Position numbers and translations under genes: made by a program. Source: Psilocybe cubensis (Eukaryota). From it: 64,000 nucleotides of DNA. Shown one piece after another: positions 1-12,849 of the stretch (positions are counted from its first letter, which is position 1; every line of letters begins with the position of its first letter). Location of the stretch: the NCBI GenBank assembly GCA_017499595.2, contig CM039007.1, positions 2,976,001 through 3,040,000 of the forward strand. The letters run 5' to 3'. Under the pieces are notes generated by a model that had not been told where the DNA came from, searched no databases, and saw only the letters and a program-made list of their open reading frames with translations.

Positions 1-1323
1 TTATGAAACGTATACATTGGCATATTTTGGCAGAGATCTGATGCACCCAATAGAAGTAGGATTATTGTATCTCGTCTTATAATATCTGTCCGTTGAGAGC
101 ATAGTTTAATCAGCGTGCTTGATCTGACAATAACTAGACTTACTACCTACCTACATGTGTTGTATTCAATATACAAGGTAATATCAAGCTACTCTAACTC
201 AAACAATATGCCTTCAATATAGGAGGAATTTCTGAGTCCTACTTGCAAAACTGTTCAATAATTCTTACCTTGAACGATTGGACTTTGGAAATTGGAATCG
301 CCCGTTTCTATAATTGTAGTATTGCAAGTCCGCCGCCCAGCCTCGGAGTAAATATGGAGAAACATGTGTGTGATGAGTCCACAAGTTGACATGATATGGA
401 AGCCCCAGAGTTGACTAGTGATGCCAAGTCTTGTTGGGCTTCGGTTTAATTTTGGCAGAGAACATTGAAATCATTGGCGTCGTTTCTGTCGGTGAAGTTT
501 CGATTAGCGCTGTATTCAGTAGAAATGAGAAAATTGTAGACTGAAAGACTATAAAGTTGCACACTCCAGCGGAGTTATATGCAATTAGCAATGTGGAGAA
601 ACGAGTTACAACCCGCGAAGATCTCTCTGATGTTGGACAGCCTTGCGAGTCGAGATACGCACTCACCAGGAGCATATGGAATCAACTAATCTTCTTGATT
701 TCATATGTGACAATTGGCTGGTATGGCGAACATGAGGACCAATGGAAGATACTATAACGTCTCGAAGGAGATGTAAGTAATATCTTACATTGAAATTGAG
801 CATCTGGTGTATCAGATGAGCAGGTATGCGCCGCTGGCATAACTGATGCACTAGCTATTAGCAATGTCTAATTATAAACATAGTGAGTCTCGGGATAAAA
901 ATATCCAGAAGAGAGTCGCCTAGACGCCCGAAAGCGTGGATTCTAACACAGTCCGGGTTTTACAGATGTTGGGTTGAACACATTAGCCGAAGATAGGAGA
1001 GAATAAAGGTGCTAGAACCTGAAAAGATCAGGTGAATGTATATTATGGTAGTGTAATTATTCCGACCTGGTATTCTGGCCCCGATCCCGACATCTCGGAT
1101 CAATATTTGTACGGACAAATATCAATCGGAACACATCCGGAGAACGCGGACATGGATCGGACCTCGAAAATTAGGATCACCGCGTGACCTCTGACCTGCG
1201 GAGTTCTAAATAGCTGAGTCAACCCGGGTCCCGACTCAATCGATTCCGGGAGAGAAGGGTACAAATAAGATTAACCACTTGAAATGTGAACGGTAAAATG
1301 CATTGATATTTCACCGTGACTAT

Positions 1324-3497
1324 TTAAGCTAGAACAATCTCTTTCCACACCCTCCCAGGAGGAAGAATGACATCGTCAAGGCAATCATTATATATGAACC
1401 CAATTCCTCGTCTCTCTGCGACAACCTTGTCATCTCCAATCCAAGAAATCAGCATAGCCCAAAAGAACGGCCGCTTATGCTTGATCTTATCGTTAAAGTA
1501 TCCTTCATATTTGTCCATGCTTGAAAGGAGTATGAGCTCGTGTGGCCCCTTCACCTTTTGCATCATTCGCGGGTTGTCTAGTTTGACCCCGCCACATTCC
1601 TTGCCTCTGTATCCTTTCAGAGAGTACACCATTGTCAATTCCTGCTGAGAGCCTGCGCGAAGCTTTTTTAAAGTTTCCACCATGACGGTGAACGCGAAGA
1701 AGTGCAAGAGGTGATAGTTGCGTTTGTCAAGCTCAGATTTAATGATCTCCTCACGGCGAGGATCATCCAGAGTTGGCTGTGTTTGAAGGCCGTCGAGAAA
1801 TGAAGGTTTAATACAACCGTAGGGGTCGTTGGGGGTAGGACGGTACGCAATGGTGTGCTCTCCAGGCACTCCATGAGCCTCTTGCGACGCGAGATCCCAA
1901 ATTAATTCCAAGTTGGCTGAATTTGGGCACCGCTTGAACCAAACTATATAAGTTTTCGTCTTCAGCCAGGAATTCGTTGAGTCGGGATCGCGTCCTGACG
2001 AACGCGCATATCCATCTTTAATTCCCTTCAAACCTGCCCATGACCAGCTTGGAAAGTTCTCTTGACGAACTGGCCGCTTAATGGTGTGAGGGAAGTTATC
2101 CCAGCATAAAATGCTGATATCAAATGACGATGTAAGCAGGCCTTCCAGAATGCCCGACTTTGCCTGGTGTGAGACAAATTGAAGAATTCCAGTAAATCCA
2201 TGGATAAAATCAGTGATTTTGGTAAGCTTTCAAGGTGCATACCGGAAGAGATGAGAGGTGTATGATGAGAGAGGGTGCTTATCGTTGTCATCGGCAAAAT
2301 GGATATCTCCTCCAGAGGAAAGAACCTTGTTGATTGCAGCTGGATAACAGTCGTAAAGGGTATCTTCCGTCCAGCAGTTAGATTGGCAGAGAAAGTAAAC
2401 TCTATCTTCAGTAAAAATCAACGTTCGGTGGGATAGTACGAACTCCTGCATACTGATTTCTTGTTGTTAGAAAACGATATGTACATAAATGGATACACTA
2501 ACGTCCACGCGCAGTCAGAGTGCGTTCCCGTCATCGCATTGTATACTCCATTAGTTACCGTCATACGTATTCCAGGTAAAACTTCGACGACTTCCTGATA
2601 CACATTCCTCGAATTTGGATGTATCCCAGGAAGTCCTGCGTTGGAATCGGATCCGTAATCTGCAATGATGGTACACAGAGAGCATTGATATACTAGATCC
2701 ATATGTGAAATCCCATCCATCATATCGTCGTTGTTGTCCTGAATAAGGCAGAGACTGTCAACCCACAAGTATCTCTGGCCAATCATCTGAACCAAATCCA
2801 TTGCGTCCCGGATTGTTACAGGGATCTTGTCACGATTGTCCTTGAATTCCCCTTTCTGAGTCAACATACCTATCGTGTCCTGTTGAAGTCGTATGAGGGG
2901 CATTACTGGGCCCCAGACGTAGCTAAGCGCTAGATACTGATCTCCGGGCCTTGCTTCAACGATGCACTGATCCAGGGTATCAATAAGACGGAGGATCTTC
3001 ACACCTCTGGGATTTTCAACCGTCTTTATAACATCCTTTTTTGGTGTGCATTTATTTCCATGGTGCTCTTCGCATAAACTGATCCATTTCCTCACAAGCG
3101 CAGGGTTGACAGTGTCCTTCACAAGGCGTCCAGATCCATAGGGGGACGTTGCAGTGTCCTCGTTCAAAAAGACCAGATTGCTTCCATAGGTGTCGAAAAA
3201 GAATCCTCCTCTATCCAGCCATTCAATGGATGCGGGTCCCGTCTCATATAAATATCCCACAGGCGAGTTATCAATGAAGAATTGGATTAATACGCAAAAC
3301 GGGCATCGCGGATGCTTCATTGCTTGTTTCTTGACGTCTTGCCATGTCCCAAGTGAGTATTCCATGGGTTTACGGTTGTTTGTATTAGCGAGGTTGATCT
3401 GCCTACAGATGTTGCATAACGGGGCGAGCTTTGCGCGTTGATTGGAGTATCAGTTATTTCATTCGCCTATGTGCTAGTTAATGCCCACCTTGGGCAT
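1324..3497 (-). pseudogene. HET (heterokaryon incompatibility) domain gene with one in-frame stop
   Basis: Motifs WISLCEEHH..C, LRLID, YLALSYVWG, TIRDAM, RYLWVDSLCLIQD, MDLVY, (R>C)AWT-MQE, FPSWSWAG. ATG at 3497, two short introns. Reading LFRYAP*KLTKITD shows TGA at 2230-2232 in an otherwise continuous frame to the stop at 1324. Confidence 0.85.
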
Positions 3498-3864
3498 AGT
3501 AATCTTGTATTTGTCTTGAGTACTGTCAGACGTGGCGTTCAATGTGAAACGGGGAATAGGTAGAAGGTGCCAGCAAGGTCCACCTTTGATATTTATTTTA
3601 TGATCACTAAATCTTATGTCAATTAGAGGTGCCAGTTTCTCACCGGGTTTATTTTTACTGTGTGAGACCGCAGGGGACCCTGGTATTGCTCTTGCCTTGG
3701 CCGGTGCTATAAATGATTGTTGATTTACCTCCTGTCTGTGACTTGTTATAAAGAATCAACTGCTCGCATAGCAAACACAAAAGCAATACAAACTCTAGAT
3801 CTTCCTCCGCCTCCACACATCCCCAAAACCAACGACTTGACAGTGCAACCCCCTCTCCGGCTCA

Positions 3865-4081
3865 TACCGCTGGCGCTCATACATATTTTCAAAGAAAATA
3901 AGACCCAGTAATTATGTTTCCTACATTTTTTTGACGTATTTTATTGGAATATAGGCTTCGGGCTTCCCTAGTAATTGGGTAACCCTGGACTCTATATACA
4001 AGAAAAATAAGTCAAAAACCAACAGGAAACATAATTACCAATACATATTTTTCTATCAAATATGTATCAGCGCCAGCAGTG
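3865..4081. mobile_element. MITE with long imperfect TIRs, CACTG-type end, 3-bp TSD (TCA)
   Basis: Left arm taccgctggcgctcatacatattt..gtaattatgtttcct pairs with right arm aggaaacataattac..aaatatgtatcagcgccagcagtg. TCA at 3862-3864 and 4082-4084. Confidence 0.7.
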
Positions 4082-4609
4082 TCAACGCCTATGTCCAATA
4101 CCCAGTTCACGACGCACGCACTAATTGGGATGAACTGTGCCAAAACACCCTACCAAACCCATTGGTGACTCTAACGACTTTGGGTCACCACTTCAATTTG
4201 ACCGGATATGTGTCCGTAGTCATAAACTCACGGTGGAGTGAAATCTACTCTAAGCCAAGAATTACTTCCATCTGGGTAGATTTGGCAGAGGCCGGGCCAT
4301 TTTGTTTAGGGAAGGTTGAAATTTGTGTATCCTGTTTCGAACCAGCTGCTCGCTACAGGGATTTAAACTCTCCAGCCTAGTCACTGCCAGCACCCTGCTC
4401 AGAAGAGAAGTGTGGAGGCAGCGTGACCTGTGCCCGCGGTACTGTAGTGCAACAACATGCCCCCAACTTTTTTGGCACAGTGCTGCAGAGTACAAAGGCA
4501 TTCTAACACGCCCTTGCAGCAGCCTATGCATCTGTGGCCCCGACTATGCCAACTCAGTAAACCCTGCTCACAGTTTGAGGAAATCCACACCATCCCCAGC
4601 TTCTTTCTG

Positions 4610-4820
4610 CCTTACCGTCCTTCCTCTTCCCTCTCACGCACCATACAAATAAGTTTGGTGAGTTTGCATATTGGGACGGTGGATAGGAAGAAAGGGGAAT
4701 GAGAGTGGTGAAGGGCGAGTTCGCGTAGGAATGGCACAAAACAAGGCAAAGATATGTCGTTTATGCGTCATCAAGATGCGCTGGAAAGGAGACGTGTCCA
4801 GACGGAGGAAGACGCAAGAG
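4610..4820 (+). repeat. Diverged dispersed repeat, second copy near 16657-16870
   Basis: Shared blocks cttaccgtccttcc, agtttggtgagttt, aagatatgtcgt and gaggaagac occur in the same order at both loci. Confidence 0.6.
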
Positions 4821-5420
4821 AAACCTTTATTCCTATGTATCTCTAAATCCGTTCATTACTACTGAACTGATACCGATTACTAAAAGTCTATCTGAGAAAA
4901 TCAATCACTGTTTCGTATTAGCTATTAATTTCATAGATGAATGTACTGAGTGCATAACATAACTTCTGCGCCAAAAAACAATGCATCGTTACTCTGCACA
5001 ATGGGAAGGGAGGACTGCAAGAGAGTCGGCAGACTTAGATATATAATTACTGCGCTGGATGATGTGTCAAGTAACAAAACCACATTCAAAAGAGCGGGTC
5101 AAAAAACTTGACAGACTGCATGCATGAAAGAGATATAGCAAGCAAAGCGGAAAGGTACGTACCCCAAATAATTACCAAAGTGGGACTTTGGAACCAGAAC
5201 AACGACATGAGCTAATAAGCACTTCATTCTTCGCAGGTATGTTATTTAGTTGGGGAACTCTAACTGTTACATTGTCATATTTTTCTCAGAGATTCCGTCC
5301 TCACATGCTAAAAATAAGAGCACCCTGTCCTACCCTACCCTCCATCAGACACAGATTGATATATACGCATTGTATATCAGAGCAACCAAAAGTTAATATT
5401 CGACGACCACATACTTCTCA

Positions 5421-7595
5421 TTAAGCTTCTCCAATCACATCATGTTTGGTGTTGTCGGGTGCGTCTTCGGTACATGTTGAATTGTCGTCTGCTTCTCCTT
5501 CTACCGTTTTTTGCTGGAATTGGATATCAATAAAATTGTGACTCCATCTCAAGACAATTCATAGGTACCAACCACGTGAATAAATCCGCCAAGGTTATAA
5601 AAGCAGTTATATGCCAGTAAGTTTGGGGTATTGGCCGCTAAAGAAAGTTTGCGTCACATTCCCATCCCCCTCGTACAACACAGGTTCGCAATTGTGAAAC
5701 TTACGGATGTTTGATAGCTTGCCTGCATGAACATACGCCCAAAAGTTTAAAGGTATATTTGATTCCGGTGAAATCAAACACGCGAGGAGGCCAGATATAT
5801 GTGGTGCTGCCTGCATGCCCAATTTACATTAGATTTCGAGGCAAATATGGGAGGAAGTGAACCAAGATTAGTACCATGGATGTACCTGATAGTACAGAGT
5901 TTCTTCCATTAAGCCAGGTAGAGTCTATCTCTTCTCCTATAGTGTTATGTTTTTATATATCTTGGTCTGTGACAGCATGTAGAATCTTGTTTACTTACCA
6001 GGAGCAAATACATTGACAACACTCCCATAATTCGACAAGGTATATCTCTTATCTTGAATGTTAGATGCACCTACGGTGATTGCGAACGGCGAGCGTGCGG
6101 GGCTGATGGTTTTTGCGTCCTTGTTCGAGTTTCCAGCGGCTGCTACGACAGGTATTTTGGCCCTGAAAAGCTAGCCATAATACATGTATGTAAGAGACCA
6201 TACGAGGCACAGATTATCGACGTCGAACAAAAAAACTCACCTTTTCTACTGAGTCGTCGATGGCTCGGGACTGTGCCGCACCGATGCTCAAATTGACAAC
6301 ACTCGGTCTCTTTGTGTTTCTAACGCTTGAAATAATCCAATCTAATGCACGTATGCTAAAGTTCCATGTGAATCAAAGTTAGACTATGTTTTGACGTGCA
6401 AATAAGAGCACTCAGGCTAACAGTGTGCTGTTATTGAACCTGCGGCAGTTCATGTCAGCAGTATATGAGTCTGCTAAGTCTAACAATGGCATGCGTACGA
6501 AATATACGTACCCATCGTCTCCGATCTTCACAGCAATCGCTGTTGCCGTCTTCGCAACACCGCTGTAGCAAGTGGAATAGTTGATTTAACTAGGGTATTA
6601 CACAGGGGAAAACTGTTGGGCAAATGCTTACTACAGCTTAGAAATTGCTGTCCCTGCGACATGGGTTCCATGACTGGAAAATGACAATGTAAAAATTCAT
6701 GAGAATTTCATGCAATTGAATCATGGACTATTACAGTATACCCTCACCCATTGAGATCCTTGTTGGGCTTCATCATAATTGGATTTATTTAATAAACCGA
6801 GAAAATAATGTTGTGAATGATCGTACAGTTCCTGCAAATGTTTTCCCCCACAAAGCACGTTTCTCGAAGGATGGCTGTATAAAGTTTCTTTACTTGCGCA
6901 AACAGTCCCACAAATCATTACTCGTAAACGTACATGACTTGTGTCAATCCCTATAATTTTGTTAACAACTACTGCATAATGGACAATGACTAACGACACT
7001 TACCTGTATCTGCATAATATTGACCATGAATAAATATTAACATAAATTTAACCAGTCGAAAGGGTCAACTAACCAACAATGTATATGTCCACCCCTTTAC
7101 CTGCCGGATAATCGTAAAAGTAGAAAAATTTGTTGGGTAAAGGTTTTGTTGATATCGGAAATGGAGAAATACGGCTGAGCCGCCCCAAGCCCCAAGGGGC
7201 ATTATTTCTAGCAAATATTCAAATGATACCTGTGATTTTGATGACTGAGGCAATACAGACACAATGAGGCTTACTGTTGGGCGAAGATCTCACCCACGGC
7301 ATCCTTTTCGATGTACTTGACATCAGGGTGTGCTTCAAATGCTTCGGCTTGGTTTTGATTGAACGTTCCTGGAAATATTATGTCAGTATTTGTCTCATCT
7401 AGAAAGAGGTATGAGTCCAAACTGCGCACCGCAAAACCCGTTCAGGACATCCTCGTACGTGTGCACGGCGTCCGCAGAGAAAGTCTTGAATGATTCAGAA
7501 TGGGCGTGCAGCGAGGCGAGAAAGGTTTGTGTAGATATACCGTCCTTCAGTACGACGATGTATGTTTGTGTCTCCGAATTGACAGTACTCGACAT
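5421..7595 (-). CDS. Subtilisin/proteinase K-like serine protease (S8 with I9 propeptide), many small exons
   Basis: I9-like YIVVLKD..LNGF..HPDVKYIEKD. Catalytic motifs across exons: DIYIV-DTG, HGTHVAGT, AAGNS, NVFAPG, GTSM-AAPHISG, then C-terminal NTPNLLAYN. 3' end is 5549 or 5421 depending on the last splice. Confidence 0.85.
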
Positions 7596-8562
7596 TGTGG
7601 TGCTTGTTAGAGGTTCTGCGAGTAGACTTGAAGTACAGAGAATACTGCTATGGATTCCAGGTATTGCGATAAGATTATATAAAGTTTCTTTGTGCCAAAA
7701 ATATTACATTGATATGATTATCGTTTTGGAGGTTTATGGACTCCACCTGTACTTTCAAGTGTAATTTTGGAGTTTCCTCAATTGGATTAGACCTCCTTTT
7801 TTTAGAATCATGTACCCAGGCTTCCGGTGAATTCCACCTCCGAGTCTGAAAATATATCTATTTGGCTCAGGTGTTAGTATATCTCCGTCGCCATTTTGGT
7901 CTGCGTGTGTATGATATTGGGGAATGTTGAACGTGGAGAGGATCTGCTCGTTCTTGTCTGGTCTTCAAAGCCGATAAGTGTCCATTTATCACAGGCTCAT
8001 TCGTCGATAAATTATCTATCATGTGGTGTTTACTGACCAATAGCATGTGGTTGAATGTTGGATAAGAATGGAATTTATTGACAGGTAAGAAGACAACTGA
8101 AAGGGCTTCAACTAGTCGGAATGAGTCGCCATTCAACGGTGAGACGGTTTCCATATTTGGATTGACTGCATACCTGTTTGTATATATATTTGTCGCTTGA
8201 TCGTCACATTTCTTCACGGAAAAAAAGGTACGTTCTCGATCTGGAACCCTCCCCCTACAAATGTGATGTTTATTATTTCCCTCAATACCAAGTAGCTTAT
8301 GGAGAGTGAGTCGAAAACAAGTCAATCGTATACGCCAGAAGGTCGACTGGTGTCCAGTATGAACGGGGTACCGTATGAGTACGGAGTTCGAAAGCAGGAC
8401 ACAGACTCTGGACAGTCAACTATACTCGCTGACACACCGGATGCATGCGCAGAGACACAGTCCCATGCTATTGATTTCGGTCCAGCACTTGACGACAATG
8501 GCTGGATCAAAGTTCATTGGACCGTTGGCGATGATAAGTGGATCGACACCGACGGACGCGGA

Positions 8563-10768
8563 TATGGCTGTCCGTTATGGCTGTCCGTTTGCACATTTAA
8601 TACCAATCTATAAACTTTTTTTCCCATACATAGAAGTCGCAATTATGCACAATTCCATATACATAATCTGGTGTCCAGTATAGAGAAAGATGATTTCCAA
8701 ACATATAAATCCAGTATCCATACATTCATAGGTTGCACCCTTGGATACAATTTTCAGTACCATACATATAGTTTTGGTGCCCACATATACAAATCACAAT
8801 CCCTTACATAGAGCAAACACTCCCTTTTATACATATTTTGTTCCCTCACTTATATCTGAAGGTTCCTCGTATGATTATTCTTACCTTTCTTCACCCCGAA
8901 GATATACAGTCATTTTTCGGCATTCTGTCTATGCCGTGCATGCCTAGACATCGTGAGAATCGGCAAATCTCGGCAAATAAGGACACAAATTACGGTTCAT
9001 TGCCTGTATGCCTGTCAACACACGCTGATTGAACATTTCAAAAAATTCACATTTATACAAGCAGTAAATATCCTCCTGTGAGTGCTGATTGCATAAGTAG
9101 ATTGTTTTTATAATGTGATACGAGTGCTTTGGCCACTCCCAGACGGCGTGCTAAGGCTTAAAAAGGCCTAACGTTGAGGTTGAAGACAGAAAATTGCATT
9201 GGAATAGCCTATATGTAGTCTTATGTTATTTTAATGTATAAAACAATGCTCCTAATGAATTGTATAATCTTGTAACGACCATCCTACTGTCTTCACAAGT
9301 GGCAATCCACTGCAAAGCGGGACGAAAGTCGAGTTCCCACGCCTCTACGGCACGGACGGCACGCATAATGTTCTTCTGGACAACTCTATATCTTCGGACA
9401 AAAATTAAGATACATGAGGAGAGGGCCACAGACTATGGTACTGAGTTTTTTATGTACGGGTAGCATACTCTTATGTGTGCAGCTCCCATTCAAACTGAAG
9501 GGCATGCAAAGACAATGATCCGGATAATTTCTTCTATGCTCGGAAACCATTTCTCTATAACCAGGACACCAAGGTATGTAGTTGAGTTCAATCAAAATTA
9601 CAACTTATATGTATGGGAAGAAAAGTTTATAGATTGGTATTAAATGTGCAAACGGACAGCCATAGTCCGTTTGCACATTTAATACCAATCATTAAACTTT
9701 TTGTCCCATACATATAGAGAACAGTTTTATACGATCCCCACTATATATATTAATGTCCCACTCATAGAGAGCTAGTTTCCGAGCATAGAGGAAATCATCC
9801 CGATAATTGTATTTACAGAATCTTCAACTTTAATGAATGGTACATACATATATACATCTCACCCCTATATATGACATCCCGTACCATACTTTGTAATCCC
9901 CTCCCCATATATCTAACATTTTTTCCAAAGACATAGAGTTGTCGAGATGACTAATACCCTGCGTGCCGGCACTGCCGAATCCGTGTGGGAATTATATTTG
10001 TACCCCGCTTTGGGGTGGATAGCTACTCCTGAAGCAGCTAGGGGAATACTTTAAGTTCAGATGTGCATTAAAAATTTCGAGTTTGATGATGAAACACAAA
10101 ACCTGTGCGTATAGCTGACCCTGAGTAGATTGACCACCTATAACTTCAACTTCAGGTGTATTTAACCTTAACCAAACTTAACATATCTGCTACTGGCTGT
10201 TATCACAGCGCTTGGCTCAGAAAAAACACTCAATAATGCTGTATTTAGCTTACATTATAGCATTCACAATCGGTTAGTATTTGAAACTGTGTCAGTGCTT
10301 ACTCTGCCTCTGCCTGTGTCAAGGTGAAAAACCAGCAATGTGCTGTGATTCGTCTGGCTGATTGCCGAGATATGCCGAATTCGCACGAAGGCAAGCTTGC
10401 CACGGCAGGAACGAATGTCGAAAATCACCTGTATTTCTTCGGGACGACGACAGGTAAAATCTAAGATTGCCGGAACCAGTAGATATATGTGGGGGAGCAA
10501 AAAATGTATGAAACGGCATGGGTTTCCTATGTAAGGGATTCTAATATATATATATATATGTGGGCTCCAAAACTATATGTATGGTACTCAAAGTTGTACC
10601 TAAGGTTGCAATATACAAATGTGTGGATATGAGATCTTTATGATTGGAAGCCTTTTCTCGATCTTCGGACACCATAAGATATAGTTATTGGAAGACTTAG
10701 TCCAAGACTTCTAAATATGGGACAAAAAGTTTAATGATTGGTATTAAATGTGCAAACGGACAGCCATA
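8563..10768. mobile_element. Outer non-autonomous TIR DNA transposon with TATGG..CCATA ends (IS3EU-like); left TIR split by a relative
   Basis: Left TIR reconstitutes as TATGGCT-GTCCGT(8563-8575) + TTGCACATTTAATACCAATCATTAAAC(from 9671). Right TIR gtttaatgattggtattaaatgtgcaaacggacagccata ends at 10768. No matching outer TSD seen. Confidence 0.75.
8576..9664. mobile_element. Inner non-autonomous TIR DNA transposon (IS3EU-like), 6-bp TSD GTCCGT
   Basis: TIR of over 40 bp, tatggctgtccgtttgcacatttaataccaatctataaac, inverted at about 9625-9664. GTCCGT at 8570-8575 and 9665-9670. No transposase ORF. Confidence 0.85.
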
Positions 10769-11606
10769 CATCAGATCCAGGGCAGTTGAATTGTGTGGCT
10801 GAAACAGGTTTACACATACTCACATATATTTAGCTGGGAAAATGGGAGCAAGCATGGCGGATGATCTCCACAGACGATACTCTCACACCGGCAAAAAAAA
10901 TTCTGTAAAACCTTCTATGCGACCCAGAAAAGGTTGATTCAAACCTTGTTCCTTCAAAGCAGGTAAACACGTCGTATGCACGCTTCAGGTGGGCAGGTGT
11001 AGGATGTGATGTCTTCATCTCCAGCTTTGATGAATCTAGGAATGTTGGGTTACGTGAAATAGCGGTGATTTGGCAGGCTGGGAAGCAAGATGATAATCCT
11101 TTAGGCGCGCGTTTGTATTAGGAGGTAGATGATGTGGAAAATGATGGAAAGGTGTTTAAAGTGCTTGAAATAACTTGCATACTTAGGTATACCTCCCTCC
11201 TCTCTACCTGACCTCCACGCTGCACGCACACATCACCGTTAGACGCTGCAAGAGGCTGCAAGCAATCCGCTTTCTCCAGTTCCATTCACATTGTGTCATG
11301 GCAAGAGGTAGACATCGGCTCTAACAATGTTCAGGGCGGTAAATAACTGAGAGAAGGGATCAAATGGCTTACTTTTGCACCCTTTGCTGCACACGCACAC
11401 ATGCGCGTCCCATAATGGTTGGACACTGCACAACCAACACTCCACCCAACCCACTGCCTCCAATTCCCTCCACATTTCAATGTTTCCTTTCAATGGTGAT
11501 CGAATGCCTGTTCTTGAGCTTGAGTGACATAATGGAACACAATTGAAAGAATCGGTGGCAAAAAAAGAAAGAGAAGTTGCGGTTATTTGTTTGAGTGTTG
11601 CGGTCG

Positions 11607-11864
11607 TGTGACGGCGGCATCCTAATCAGGAATGCCGAGCAGATCCGGCATGGACATGCCGGTGCGTCACAGTTTTCTATCGTTTTCTACAAGTTTCGTA
11701 TTTGATATTCTTCTTGCTCCTTTATCTATGACGTAGGTAGTACAGTAGGGTATATAAGGAGCAGGTAGAGTAGGTAGAAGGACAGGCCTTGAATAGACAC
11801 TTTTATCCAGTCTTTTTGAGGTTTCTCGTGTGCCGGGACTCGTGACTTCTCACGCCCCGTCACA
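11607..11864 (+). mobile_element. Solo LTR (258 bp)
   Basis: TGTGACGG...CCGTCACA termini, 5-bp TSD GGTCG at 11602-11606 and 11865-11869, TATATAA at 11751. Confidence 0.85.
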
Positions 11865-12271
11865 GGTCGGCCGGGAAGAACCGGGAACACAATTCAGGGG
11901 CGCGGCGAGTTCAACTTGGAGAACTTGATTTTTGCTTGAGTCGAATAATATCAGTATTTCTAGCTCAGTATAAGACTAGGAACTTCTAATGGAGGCCTGA
12001 TAAGTGACCGGTGTGTCCTGCAAAATTGTTTCGGGACCAGGTTTTTATTTTCTAATGTACCGTACGAGCGTTATTCATGCATCGTTGCAGATGAGGGTTT
12101 CTAATTCAAGTCCCATCGAGTGTCTTTTTACTGGCGCTGACAGGTTACATCTTGACATTACCGTCCCCGTAGGTAATTTCAACTATGAAGTTCACGGAGC
12201 GGTATGCCAAACATGTGGCAGGGAACTGGAAGACGCGGTGAAGCAGTATTTCCAGAATGTACTCCTACTCA

Positions 12272-12849
12272 TTAAACATCGATGTCAATAAAATGGAGGA
12301 CGCCACCCTCCACAAGAACGGGACTTCCATCGGTTCCGTCAATGTTGTAAATGTTGGTCAAAACAATGTTATATGGTGCATTAGCAACATAAAATCCATG
12401 AGGTATCTAGCAACAATAACACAATAATCAACGCTCATTCACAAAACTAGCACTGAGATATACTCACCGTAGTTGTGAATGAATCAGAAAGGGCTCCTGC
12501 GGGGATGGTACGTCGAGCCAGAACAATAGGCTGCTCGAATCCGTTATTGGCATCGGATGAAACCTCAATCGTAAAATCCAAAAACGACGGAATGATCCCA
12601 AAAGTCTTCACCCCGCAGGTAAAGTCAACAGAAATGTTGATCGTCTATTTTTCAAATAAATTTAGTCATATGTCAACTACGTTTCAACGCATCTTGTAGA
12701 AACCTTACATCACCCGGTTTGACTGTGGTTGGGTTAACAATAACGACACCGAAACGCGTGGCCTCTGGGCAGTTCTGACGACTTGCAATACTGGAAGCAG
12801 ATGCAAAGCCAGCCAGAGACAGGAAAGCGGCAAAAATGGAGAACTTCAT
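12272..12849 (-). CDS. Small secreted protein, 3 exons
   Basis: Signal peptide MKFSIFAAFLSLAGFASA, then SSIASRQNCPEATRFG. Two GT-AG introns. Last exon IPHGFYVANAPYNIVLTNIY..VEGGVLHFIDIDV*. Confidence 0.8.

Noticed and set aside
968-1263. Possible solo LTR (TG..CA bounded)
   Set aside because: No matching TSD and no second copy in the window.
8299-8613. 104-aa ORF running into the TATGG element
   Set aside because: No recognisable family, and no clear continuation after 10768.
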